Assembly (NCBI RefSeq): GCF_001194135.2
Contig: NC_068981.1
Span: forward strand, 38,922,848-38,986,847
Direction of reading: 5' to 3'
DNA: 64,000 nucleotides
Origin: Octopus bimaculoides
Lineage: Eukaryota
Positions 1-12,379 of this stretch are shown here, piece by piece (the stretch's first letter is position 1; every line of letters begins with the position of its first letter). The translations under genes and the position numbers were made by a program. The notes beneath the pieces were generated by a model. That model made no database searches and was not told the DNA's origin. It was given only the letters and a program-made list of their open reading frames with translations.

Positions 1-255
1 CCTGATAATAATTGTAACTGAACATCTAGCATTTCCGTACTATTGCTTCTGTCTATAAAAACTAAGTTTTATCTTTTTTTAAAGATTTACATTTTGAATA
101 TATTGTTGTTAAATAGTTGTTTACATTAAGTAAATATTATTACTGCAAAAATAAGTGTTCAGTATTTTTAAATTGCTTTACTAATACAAGTGTCGTGTTT
201 CATTGTGTAGAATCACTTCCTTCAGACAAATGTATGTGCAATTAGTGTAGGAAAG

Positions 256-300
256 CTTTGGAACACCCATCAACATTGTTGTGTCTCACCAGCCAAAGGA
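256..300 (-). ncRNA. Decayed hammerhead-ribozyme-like motif (copy A of tandem pair)
   Basis: Minus strand CTTTGG-CTGGTGA-GACAC...GTT-CCAAAG. Perfect 6-bp helix I, core with one substitution, GAAA element degraded. Flanks resemble copy B at 578-635. Confidence 0.35.
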
Positions 301-577
301 ACCTTGCACAATTGAATCAAGCAAGAGTCTGTAGCTCTTGTTTATAACTTCAACAAACAAATTATTATTCATCGATGCTTGCTGATATCTGCAACTGATA
401 AGAAATAGCCATGTGCACAGTGAATGGCAAGAATCAAATTGGTTGTAATATAATCATTCTTAATACATTTTGACAGATTCAAACATGAATACGCTAATTA
501 CTGCTAATTACATTGGAGAACAACTTCCTTTCTGATGACTGTGCATTCATAACATGCTTAACTCTGTAACAAAAAAA

Positions 578-635
578 GGGGATTTGGGACAACTAGTGTT
601 TCAGCACCATTGTGTCTCATCAGCCGAAGGCACCC
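578..635 (-). ncRNA. Type I hammerhead-ribozyme-like motif (copy B)
   Basis: Minus strand TTCGG-CTGATGA-GACAC AATG GTGCT-GAAAC-ACTAGTT-GTC-CCAAA. Intact CUGAUGA and GAAA, GUC triplet, short helix III with palindromic ACTAGT loop. Folded by eye. Confidence 0.6.
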
Positions 636-1384
636 TAGACTATTGAATCTAACAAGTGCTGGTGGTCTGCAGAGCTTTGATAAATTGATGATGGCTGGTG
701 AATAAACCTTGATTGACTTCTCTGTTCATGCTAAATTTATCACTGAACTCATCACTGACACTCACTTTACTACTTGGATTTTTCTACATCGCTTTACAGA
801 CCTCACAAACCACAAATTAACACCATGTTCCTAAGGTGACCAGCAGATTACTGAGCATGGAATCATCAAAGGCATATGTGTGTGAATAAATGTGTTTGTT
901 TACCAGAGAAATTTTCTTTCCCACTATTAAAATTCTACCATCTTAATATTAGATGAAGATCTCATGTACTACAGAATTATTCTAGTACCAGATCACCTTT
1001 TATTCACCCAACAGGTAACACCAATTCATAATTAAAAATGTGAACAAGCAACTAAGTGCCTATGAACAGCTGTTGGCTATTGGTCACTGATACATTCCTA
1101 CATTATAGTTAACCTACTTAAATTTTATTCAACACTTAAAAAAGATGTGCATAAATCTATATATACATATATGTATACAAGACTATTAATGCATGTACAC
1201 TGGATTATATAAGGCACACAAATTCGGTTATTTCTACAAGCAAATAGCTACATGGTGCAATAATATCTTGAAATATATTTCCCTAAAAACATTTAACAAA
1301 CTTTTATCATATTGATATGTCTGAAGTCCTTCAAGCATCTCTAGTTGTTGATATAATTTTATGATACATCTTGTATTAAATAGT

Positions 1385-2700
1385 AATAATTTTGAACATA
1401 AGTTCAAAATGCGCTTTGTCTAACAGAAAGAGACCATCATCATTTGCATGGAGGCAAACAAATGCCTGTGTATTTTGTATAAAGTCTTGTGATATAAGTG
1501 TTGTTGATTGAGATCTTGGAATGGATATTTTCTTATCAATTCTAAATTGTAGTTGAATCTAAGCATTGTATAATTTCACAATGACTTTTGAAGTCAAGTA
1601 ATTCTTTCATACATTGAACAAATACAAGCATATTGAGAATATGATGATTTTATATATTGCCACCTTATTGAATTAATTTATCTGTTACAGAGATAAAAAC
1701 TTTTTGGGGAGGCCCTAAATATTGAACTCATCATCACAATATACCTCTTGACAATATTATAGACATCACTTACACATTTTTAATAGCACCAGACAATATC
1801 TACGAATGTTTAGAAAACTCTAGGCCTTTCATTAGCTTCAGTACCCCAGTTATCATTTCTTAATTTTACAAGAATTCTCTCAGCTGCTTTGTATGTATTC
1901 TCCATTTGGCTATAAATATATTTTATGTTGCGAGGGTGGGGTAGACTGGTAGAATTGGTAAGGCAAGGGACAAAATGCATGGTGGTATTTAGCTGCATAA
2001 CTTTATGTTTGGATTTCAAATACAGAGGAGATTAACATTGTCCTTCATTCTGCTGTAGTTTATAAAATAAGCTGCCATTGAATATTGAAGTTGATCTAAT
2101 TGACTACGTCCATTCCCTACATTTGAAACCTTGCATGCAGAGGAGAAATTAAATAGATTATATTTTATCTGTAAAATAGATTATATTAAAAATAGATTAT
2201 ATTTTATCTGTTTTTCTTTTATGCTACTGATTTTTGCTTATGTTGTACCAAGATTCTATAATATTCTTGTGTAGTATATCTAATATTGGCCAGTTATGGC
2301 ACTTCTTACATAGAATACTTGTAATTCTGAACATTAAGTATGCTCTTCAAAGGTGTGCTTTCTCTTACAGATAATTTTATGTTTGAGTGAACAATCACTA
2401 TTTGTATTAGGGTAAGCAAAATGTTTGTGCGTTTTGTGTAAAGTGTAGTGGTGTAAGTGTTGTCAAGATCTTTGAGTTCATAATAACTCTAAATTATAGT
2501 TGAATCGAAGTATTGTATTATTTCATAATAGCCTCTGGAAGTTGTATAATTATTTCATATCTTGGACAAATACATCTATATCTTCAGCATATCAGTAGCA
2601 TATTGATGAAGTTGCATTCTACCAAATTAGAACTATATTTTGCATGCTACATAGGTAAAAGCTTGTGATGGTGGCTCCAAATATTTACTGTTCAATACAA
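1385..2700. repeat. Two diverged copies of a ~350-bp old repeat (~1385-1745 and ~2335-2700)
   Basis: tctaaattgtagttgaatctaagcattgtataatttcacaat (1541) vs tctaaattatagttgaatcgaagtattgtattatttcataat (2488). Other blocks align at a similar offset. Confidence 0.5.
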
Positions 2701-3858
2701 CATTTATATGTATAAAAAACAGAAAGTAAGGTTTATAATTTCAATTCCTTTACACGTTTTCCAGTTAAGGTCACACAATATACATTAGTGTAATTAGCCA
2801 TTAGTAAGTGTATGCATGGATAATAACTATAGTTATTTATCTCCTGGTCATCCCTGATCTAGGAAACTTATGACCCTTACTATTAATTACTCAGTTGTCA
2901 TTGACACCCTCACTTACTCATGCTAACAGGATCACACTACTCCTTTGAGTGAATACTCTGCTCTCCAATGTTTCAAGTGGTAGCCTTGTGCTTTTATGGA
3001 TCTGGGAGCCCACATTTTGGGGAGTCCACATTTTAGTAAGTCTACCTCATGGTTTGATGTCTGAGAAGTCTTGGTAAAATGCCTGATCTGTTCTGTCATT
3101 GGTTGGTTTTCTTATTACATCGTCAAGCTATTTCTGTCTCCACTTTCTTATCAACTTTATATTGTGATATGAACATGATTTTGAAAACTTGCAAGCTCAA
3201 AACATTTTAGAAATATAGTAGTTATAATAAAGGTTGAATCTAGACTACTCTAAATATCACTATAATATTCAATATTGACAACTACTCTTGTACTGGCATC
3301 TGTAACCATTATATATTATGATGCAATCTTTTATGACTGCATTATATAAAAATTGAAGAGGAACAGCTGTCATAAATCTTAAATACTATTTGTATTTACT
3401 TTTAATATATACACACACACACATGTACGCATGCACACACACATACTCACACACATATATATTTGTGTGTGTGTGTGTGTGTGTGTGTGGCGTCGATGGC
3501 CAGTCATATGTGTCTGCTGTTGCCCTGTGGCAGGTGGCAAAAATGAGTGTTTTCCAAGCAAAACAGTTTTTGATCCAACGTCCATGCACAGAGACACTGC
3601 AAGAAGGACACTGCTGTGGGATTGAGCCAGTAAGCTGGATTCATCACCACCACGTGCTGCAGAGGGAGAAGCAGATATATATGTGTATATGTGTGTGTGT
3701 TTATATATATATATATATATGAAAACTACAACACAAGGATGGAAGATATCAGGCTTTAACTGTAGATCATATTTTTCAGCAACAACCATGTGTGGGTTCC
3801 TCATTAAGTATTCCACATCATGCTGTGCCCATACACAGCTGTTGCTGAAAAATATTCC

Positions 3859-4247
3859 ATGGCTGTGTGGTAAGAAGCTTGTTTCTCAACTGCATGCTTC
3901 CAGTTTCAGTCCCACTGCATGGCAACTTGGATAAGTGGCTTCTACTATAGCGTCAAAGCAACCAAAGCCTTGTGAATGGACTTGGTAGACAGAGACTGAA
4001 AGAAGACAATTGTAATCGATATCGATGTGTGTGTATCTTTGTGTTTATGCCTGCCATCACAACATTACAACTGGTGTTGGTGTGTTTACATCTCTGTAAG
4101 TTAGCAGTTTTGCAAATGTGACCAATAGAATAAATACTAGGTTTAAAAAAACATAAGTCCTAGGGTCGATTTGTTCAATGAATATCCTTCAAGGTGGTGC
4201 TCCAGCATAGCCACAGTCAGATGATTGAAACAAATAAAAGAATAGAA
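3859..4247 (+). mobile_element. tRNA-derived SINE, family A, full length
   Basis: tggctgtgtggtaagaagctt head with A/B-box-like motifs, central TG-rich tract, tail ccagcatagccacagtc...gaaacaaataaaag. Same layout at 8282, 21507 and 50015-50999. Confidence 0.85.
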
Positions 4248-6638
4248 CACTATATAACAGTTATAAAAAATAAACTTGTATAATGGTATTTGAATATAAG
4301 CTCAGCAACTTAAGCCTGGCATGTGGTATAGAAACAAATGTGATCTGCTATTAAGGCTTGATATCTTCCATACTCATATTATATTATTCTTATATTAAAT
4401 CTTATGTATAGAAGAGTTCCATATGTGTATGCAGTTCTGGAAAGTATCCTTCTGCAGAATAACATGTGATAGCCAAATAATGGCATATGAACTCTTAAAT
4501 GCATGTTATGAGGTTTTTACCTTAATTATACTAAATGCAAAGGTACATACACACACAACCCACACAACATATACACTTACATATATATAAGCACACAAAG
4601 ATAGGGAGGAGAGAAGAAGAGGAAGAATTATGTATTCAGTCAAAATTAATTACAATTATAGTTGCAATCTCTTGACAGACACTTCTTTTCATTCAGCTTG
4701 TTTATCTCCTAAAGTATGTTTTTATTGTAGAGTGCTTCACTTCCCTATACCTCTGTTTTAATGTGTTAACCAATTATCTTTATACCAACTTAGAAACAAA
4801 TGGCATAGTGAGTATATAAATTTATATTTCATATGCATCTATTTGAGAGTGCATATCTATGCATTTCTTTCAATATTTCTGTATCTGTTTAGTTACCTAA
4901 TATCATAATTTTCATTTGGCTTCCATATTGTTAATAAAAAAAATATGAACTGCGAATTACAACTTTACAATTACTATCTGAAATTGGTTTACATGAATTT
5001 AATATTATTGAAACTAAAGTAAGAAGAGAATTGTCCTAGAATTATTGATAATTTTATTGCACCTATGATAATCTATTTTCATTGTCTTAGTCAAACCAAC
5101 GCATTTCAAGAATAATTTCCTCTCAATTTTTAATTGTATTGTAGTTTTTCTTAATCCTACATATCTTGCTGCAACATCTTTTTTAATTACCACACTGTTT
5201 CCAACTTCCTTAATACAAGAAGTAAAACAAAAAACAGAAAAAGACATATGAAAACTGTAAAATAATAAAAATAAAATAAAAATATTGTTATTCACACTTT
5301 CCTGATTACACCTCTGTATTTTGGGGAAAATTCTTTATAAATTATTCTAAGCATTTCTTTTTCTTTTTGGATTTCTTTGTTTTTTGCTTTGCTTTCTTAT
5401 ATTTGCTTCTTTCTGTATTGGATAGTATATTAGATTATTATTCAATGAAAGAATTCCCACATAAATTCTTTCTTGCCTATGTATGGCTTGCATTCATTTA
5501 TTTATTTAAAATTATCAACAAAACTTGTAATATTTATGCATGTTTCTAGTATCTAGTTTTCAATTTCAGAAGGACTTGTGAAATTAATCTTATGTCTATG
5601 TGGTATTAAATATATAAAAAAGAAGAAAATATCCAAGTAAATATTAATGGTATCACACTGAATAATATATTACATCAATGTTAATAAACAAAATAGAATA
5701 TGAAACAAAAACACTACAAAATAGAAATTTGTGAATCATCAGGAAAAACAATTCAATGCTCCAGACTATTTATTATTCAATGTTCTTAATAAACTGTGTT
5801 TTCATGCTGTTGCTTACAATGTGTATATAACACATATTCAATAAAGAGAGAGAGCAAGTGAAACAGAAAGACAGAGATAGAGAGAGAGATTCGTTTTTTT
5901 TTTTATTGTTTCCAAAGAAGGCTGATTTATGTAGTGAAAGTTTTGTGTAATTTAGCAAGAATTTGCCTGTTGTGAGAGGTAAATATTTCTACACTTAGAA
6001 ATGAAATAAAATTCTGTTCTCGAATGGGAGACTTGTTCTTGGATGTTCAACAAAAAAGAAAGATGGAATGTTTCTCAAAACTTGTTCTCATATTATTTTT
6101 TTATTATTTTTTATTATTTTATTACTTTTTCCTATTGTTTATTGTTTCATGCCAGCATGGTTTGGATTTTCTATGATCTGTTGGAAAAGATAATTTATAA
6201 AGCAAAGTATAGAAGGTGTTTATTTTCAGCAACATTGGCTGTTGTGCTTGATTAAATGCATGGCTTTGACTTAAATTCATGTATTCCAGTGACCTCAACA
6301 TCCAGACACTATTTTGTTAGAATTATTGAAATTATTTATATAAACCACTGAAAAAGTGCTTTAAAGAAAACCTTTCTATTCTTCTAAAATTACTGAACCA
6401 GCAGCCTTATCAGCCAACTAAACAAAAAGATGCTCAGAATTTTCTTCAACAAACAGTTATGAGAAATTAGAATGCACTTTTGCATACCCTTTTACAAAAG
6501 TGTATTCTTTGAATTAAAATGGTAGCACACAACAATGTACTGGAATAAAGCATTTTGAATGAATCTGATTTGGAAAGTTTAAATGTCAATTTACAAAAAT
6601 AACAGTCAGTTTTCACGTAAATCTGAAGTCATACATAT

Positions 6639-7020
6639 GTAGGGTGCAGTGAATAAACTGTCGTTTGAATTATGCCAAAATGAAAATAACACTGCCATCT
6701 CATTTTAACATATATTTACCAAAATTATATAAAAATATATTGAAATACTAAAGAGTAAATTCATCCAATAAAATCGCCATTGACTTTAACCATGACTTCC
6801 AGATGACATCGGAATTTCCTGCAACTCTTTTGGATGGTCTCCTTGTTTAAGTTGGTGAATGCTGCCATAATTGTTGCCTTCAGTTCATCTTTGGTGCTAC
6901 AAAGAGTTTTGTTGGTCTCTCACACAACTGCACCCCACACATAATAATCAAGGGAGTTGCAGTCTGGAGAGTTAGGTGGCCATATGTTAGGGGTGATGTT
7001 GTCGCAGAAATTTTCTGAAA
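6639..7020 (-). mobile_element. Tc1/mariner (maT/DD37D-like) transposon 3' fragment
   Basis: Minus strand translates SENFCDNITPNIWPPNSPDCNSLDYYVWGAVV*ETNKT...EVMVKVNGDFIG* (stop 6761-6763). TIR-like agggtgcagtgaataaactgtcg at ~6641. Confidence 0.8.
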
Positions 7021-7024
7021 GGAA

Positions 7025-8103
7025 TTAATTACTCAGTTCATAAGTGGAATATTTGTGGTGATTTAAAAGTGCTTTCCCTCCTCCCGGGACTGTAGCTGGA
7101 ATATACCAAATATATGTGCTTCCTGTGTGTTTGGAACAGCTGCAACAACAATCATTACCCTGTAAAAGACTGGCCTAAAAGAGATGAGTGCATAGTTGGT
7201 TAGTACAATGTGCAGCATATGCCGCAGGTAGATCCACAAAAGATCTTCCTTCCACCCCTTCACATCAAACTCGGCCTCATTAAAAACTTTGTAAAAGCAA
7301 TGTCACACGATGGTTGAGGCTTCCAGTAAAATTTGGTGTAGAGAAAAGTGATGCAAAACTAAAAGCAAACATTTTCATTGGACCCAAGATCAAAGAATTG
7401 ATGTCTGATAGCAAATTCAGAAGTAAACTGAATCCAGTTGAGCTGACAGCATGGGATTCATTCGTGTTAGTTGTACAAAACTTGCTTGGAAATCATAGAG
7501 CTGAAAACTATGCTGATTTAATAAACAACATGCTACCAGCATATGAAAGAATGGGATGCTGAATGTCCCTTAAAATGCACTTCTGGCATTCTCATCTCGA
7601 TATTTTTCCAATGAATCTTGGTGCCATTAGTGATGAGCATGGTGAGAGGTTCCACCAGGACATATCTGAGAACGGAAACGAGGTATGAAGGCTTATTCAA
7701 TCCACACATGATGGGTGACTACTGCTGGTTCCTACAACGGAAGACCAGCAATGCATAAGCGCAAGAGCAAGTGTCTCAAACATTTCTGAGCTGAACATAG
7801 CTAAAATAAAGTGAGTATTTCCTTAACATAAATATACTATGTACCATTATATTATAATAGTATTTGCCTTGAGCATAAATATACTATATACAGTGCTGAT
7901 TTCCTATTATAATTATTATTTACCTTGAGCTTAACTATTCCTGTTACTTATATAGTATTATTAAATAATTATGCACATAACTAGAAATCTTGATATGCTA
8001 CAGCAATTCTGAGTTCAAATTCAGAATCAGCATACTCGATTTAGTTTAGTACAGCACCATTTGTCTGGGTAGCAGATGCTAAATTTGTTTTTGTTGGCCA
8101 GTG
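7025..8103 (+). mobile_element. Chapaev(3)-like DNA transposon 3' fragment, pseudogenised transposase
   Basis: Motifs WNICGDLKVLSLL, YTKYMCFLCVW, LPPLHIKLGLIKNFVKAM, MSLKMHFWHSHLD, LGAISDEHGERFHQDIS with stops and frameshifts. Ends in ttgttggccagtg (terminus CACTGGCCAACAA). Family assigned from motif recall. Confidence 0.75.
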
Positions 8104-8190
8104 TAATTTGTTTTGAAATTACAAATCATCAATATTAAAAGTCTGCATCTTGGAATGATGTTGTGTAAAAGATAGACCACGAAGCTGTAA

Positions 8191-8435
8191 CCCTTTTGTT
8201 ACCACAATTCTGTTGAAATATACTGAATTTGAAAATAATAAAGAATTTTGCAAAATGACTTTGTCATTATTAAACTTTGATATGGTTGTGTGGTAAGAAG
8301 CTTGCTTCTCAATCATATAGTTCCAGGTTCAATCCCACTGCATGGCACCTTAGACAAATGTCTTTTACTATAGCCTCTGGCTGACTAAAGTCTTGTGAGT
8401 GAATTTGGTAGACAGAAACTGAAGGAAACTGGTTG

Positions 8436-8466
<31 letters not shown>

Positions 8467-8758
8467 CCTTTTTTTTTATCCCCCACTATCAATTGACAAC
8501 CAGTGTTGGTGTTTCACATCCCCATAACTTAGTGGTTCAGCAAAAGAGACTGATAAAATGAGTAACAGGTTTAAAGAAACTGGAGTTGATTCAGCTGACT
8601 AAAAGTTCTTCAAGGTGATGCCCCAGCATGGCCACAGTCATGACTGAAACAAGAAAGAGATAAAAGATGAAATTTTGATGGTACATTTTAATTTAGATTA
8701 CATTAAAACATATATCTTAGAACGAGGGTTAGTCTGAGGCAGGTTGATGTGAGAAGGG
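8191..8758. mobile_element. piggyBac-like MITE interrupted by a SINE
   Basis: Begins (g)taa-ccctttt and ends aaggg-ttaa. A family A SINE is nested at 8282-8668. Related sequence at ~18960-19330. Confidence 0.55.
8282..8668 (+). mobile_element. tRNA-derived SINE, family A, full length
   Basis: tggttgtgtggtaagaagcttgcttc...ggttcaatcccactgc head, internal (TA)n, tail ccccagcatggccacagtc...taaaagat. Confidence 0.85.
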
Positions 8759-9454
8759 TTAAATGACTTGGATTCAACTTGTGAAACCTCTCATTACCAA
8801 ACATTACATTGTAAGAAATAGTTGAAGTCAATTACAGACATAATGACTATGTACTGAACAGAATAAATAAAAGCTTGGACAGTTTAAAATTCCTTTCTTT
8901 AGCTCCATTGTAAATGAGAGAAAACAAAGGAAGGCCATGATTAGTGTAATACCAGTTTCACTCTTCTAATATTTAATGGATAAATACTTAATGACAATTA
9001 AGAAGATATTTATTATAGGTGGCTATTCATGCCTAATGTCGATCATACAAAGTTCAAGTGATTGCTAAACCTATATTTCATTTAAAAGAATGGCTGGTAG
9101 GAGGGGCTTACACAAGTTCACCTTCTATATCAAAAACAAATAGCTATATTCATACTAACATAATGCTGTGAGTAAAGAAAGGCAGTTTATAATTAATTAA
9201 ATTTATGCTAATTCTAGGTGCATAAAGCCATGCAGATGTTACAGTGTAGTTAAGACATTCACTTTGAAATCACATTGTTAAGGGTTCAGTTCCATTGCAT
9301 GGTTTCTGTCAACTGGTGCCTTCTTCTATGGACATGAGTTGACCAATAACTTTTGAGTGAAATTTGGCAGAGAGAAACTAGAAGGAAATCACCATTTGTG
9401 TGTGTGTGTGTGTATGTATAAATAGATATAGGTACACACATACACACACATATA

Positions 9455-10315
9455 TCATTAACATCATCATCATTTAACATCTGTGTTCCATGCAGGCATA
9501 GGTTGGATGGTTTGACTGAAAACTGATAAACTGGCATGGTTTCTACAGCTGGCTGCCCTTCCCAACACCAACCACTTCGAGAAAGTAGTTGATGCTTTTT
9601 ACATGCCACTGGCATGGGTGCCAGTTATGAAACACCAGCATAGGTGACAACTATGATCTCACTTGGCTTGACAGGTTTTCTCAAGCATGGTATATCACCA
9701 ATGGTCTTGGTCACTCATCTCAGTGAGGCCCAAAGTTCAAAGGGTGCTTTTTACATACGACCAGCATGGTTGCCAGGTATGCAACACTGGAATCACATCG
9801 TCCACAATGATGATTTCACTTGGCTTGATGGGTCCTCTCAAGCATGGCATATCACCAAAGGTCTCAGCCACGTGTCATTGCTTCTATGATGCCCAACATT
9901 CGAAGATCATGCTTCATTACCTTGACCCATATCTTTCTGGATCTACCTCTTCCACTGGTTCTCTCCACAGTTAGGGATCGGCACTTCTTCACACAGTGAC
10001 CCTCATCCACATGCACTGTCATACATGCACACTGACATTGCACACCCAGCGAAGCACATTAGCTTCATTTCTTTCAAGACTTTACATGTCCTTAGCGGTC
10101 ACAGCCCATATTTCATTGTCACGTAGTATGGTTGTTTATTCATAGACATCATACAATCTGCCTTTCACTCTGAGGGAGAGATCCTATGTTACCAACAGAG
10201 GCAGGAGCTCTCTGAACTTTGCCCATCCTATTCTTATTCTCACAGCTATACTCTCAGAGCATCTACCTCCACTACTGATTTGGTCACCTAGGTAATGGAA
10301 GCTATCAACTACTCC
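9455..10315 (-). mobile_element. RTE-clade LINE (family 1), 5'-truncated
   Basis: Minus strand VVDSFHYLGDQISSGGRCSESIAVRIRIGWAKFRELLPLLVT...WAVTAKDM*SLERNEANVLRWVCNVSVH, then 3' UTR and (GAT)n tail. Confidence 0.85.
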
Positions 10316-10432
10316 CAGTTTATATATATATAAGGATAAAATCTATATAAGATTTATCAAGTAGCCAACATGGGAAACCAATTAAGGAAAAAATTAATAC
10401 AAAGTAGATGATTTGTTTTCTTTAAATATAAA

Positions 10433-10859
10433 ATACATTATTATATCAAAGCCTATTACTATAAGTAATGCCTCACACTGTAATGGGACTCTAAAGTCAA
10501 ACTACTTCAATAAATATACACAGGCATAGAAATCGGTGGGGTGAACATGAAAGAATTTCCTATAAAAGTGGTTTAGTCATACATCATTAATGATTTCATG
10601 GTTAGCATGTATAACATGCTTTCCAATCATCAGTACAGCTTAATCAGAAAATATAAATATGAACATCTCTACATACCAAGCAAACAACAATGCAGCCAGC
10701 ATTAATGATATACAACTAAACTTATTTTAAAGGAAATTCTTTTATGTTCATTCCCCCAATTTCGGTACCTGTGTATATTTACTGAAGTAGTTTGACTTTA
10801 GAGTCCCATTACAGCATGAGGCGTTACTTATAGTAATAGCCCTCAATATAATAATGTAT
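10433..10859. repeat. Long inverted repeat (160-bp arms, 107-bp spacer); MITE-like or inverted pseudo-LTR
   Basis: 10433-10592 is the reverse complement of 10700-10859 with scattered mismatches (e.g. ctgtaatgggactctaaagtcaaactacttca). Confidence 0.85.
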
Positions 10860-10909
10860 GTATATATATATATATGTATATATTTTTATACAAAGAGAAA
10901 ATATAGATG

Positions 10910-11252
10910 AAGGTGCATGGCTCAGCGGTTAGAGTGTCAGACTCACAATCATGATGTAGTGAGTTCAGTTCTCAAACTAGGCTGTATGTTGTTGTGTTCT
11001 TGATCCAGACACTTTAATTCATGTTGCTCCAACTCACCTGGCTGTAGAAGTGAGGTGCAGTGTCACTAGTGCCAAACTGTAGCACCCTTTGTCTTTCCCT
11101 TGAATAACACTAGTGGCACGAAGAAGGGAGGCTGGTATGCATGGGTAACTGCTGGTCTTTCATAAACAGGCTTGCCCAGACTTGTGCCTCGGAGGGAAAC
11201 TTTCTAGGTGCAATCCCATTGACATTCATGACCGATAGGGATCTTTTCCCTT
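10910..11252 (+). mobile_element. tRNA-derived SINE, family C
   Basis: ggtgcatggctcagcggttagagtg head, then ttgtgttcttga...acacttt block shared with 38626 and 44621. Confidence 0.7.
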
Positions 11253-12074
11253 TTTATCTAGTAAATAGGCAGGGTTAATATCTAAACTCTATTCTCAGAA
11301 AGCATTTCTGCAAATACCAGTTACCAAATGTATATCCATACATGGTTTATCATTAAGAAGCAAAATATCAATGCAGGCTGAAATTCTTGGACAAGTATAT
11401 ATGATGCGGTATATGAATATAGTTAAATCAAAGACTGGGTTTATGGTATTTTCTTTAATTAAAGATAATGCTATAAATTCCAGTCTTTGATTTAATATAG
11501 ATATGCATGTACATATATATGTATGATACATGTATACACATGCATACATACATACTCACACATATATCATAGTATACTATATACTATGTATAATAAATAT
11601 ATACATATAACAACTATATATAACCTTTTACCAACATTTTATATACATTTCATACAGTCCAATAAATGTTCAAACAGATGCTTGTAATAAACCAATATGC
11701 TAATACCTTCACAGCCTTAGAATCTTTATTGCAGACTATTTTTGAGAATGTATCTGCCTACTCATTTCTCATAAAAAGTTTTCTGATTAATTATTTTCCA
11801 ATACAGCATTACCATTAATCAATTTTCATTAGTATTGTTTCTGCTGGTAATAGATTTTTTTAACATGTTGCTTGCATATGCTGATTAGGAAGTACTAGTT
11901 TGTTTTCAACAGTTTTAAGCCTTAAATTCGTTGTTAATACTTCTATAAAGAATAGACTTTGAGATTAAATAAATTTGTTGCTTTGGTACTTCTGTTAGAT
12001 TACTGGCTTACTTATCAATCTTATTAGCAACTCAGCTAGTTTGAATATAAACCTAATTTTTAGTTTTAGTTTTA

Positions 12075-12379
12075 CCCTTTAGCATTCAGATTACTTTGTC
12101 AAATATAATGCTTATTTATTCACATAGTTTTTATGAATTAACTATGCATAATCTCATAAATTTGAGATTTTGATGATGTGATTGTTAATCTTTAGAATGA
12201 CATTGTTGAGTAGATGTGAGGGGCTGGATTTGGCCAGTTTAACATTTAGCCCACTGTAGGTGCATCATGTAATCATATGAGTTTTCTCCCATGTAGTAAC
12301 AGGACAGTTACAGGGGAAACAATCTTAGAGAAAAGGCAGAATATTTGGACCAGTTATGGCTAGTTTAAATGCTAAAGGG
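12075..12379. mobile_element. piggyBac-like MITE
   Basis: 12-bp TIR CCCTTTAGCATT / AATGCTAAAGGG flanked by TTTA (left) and TTAA (right). Confidence 0.7.
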
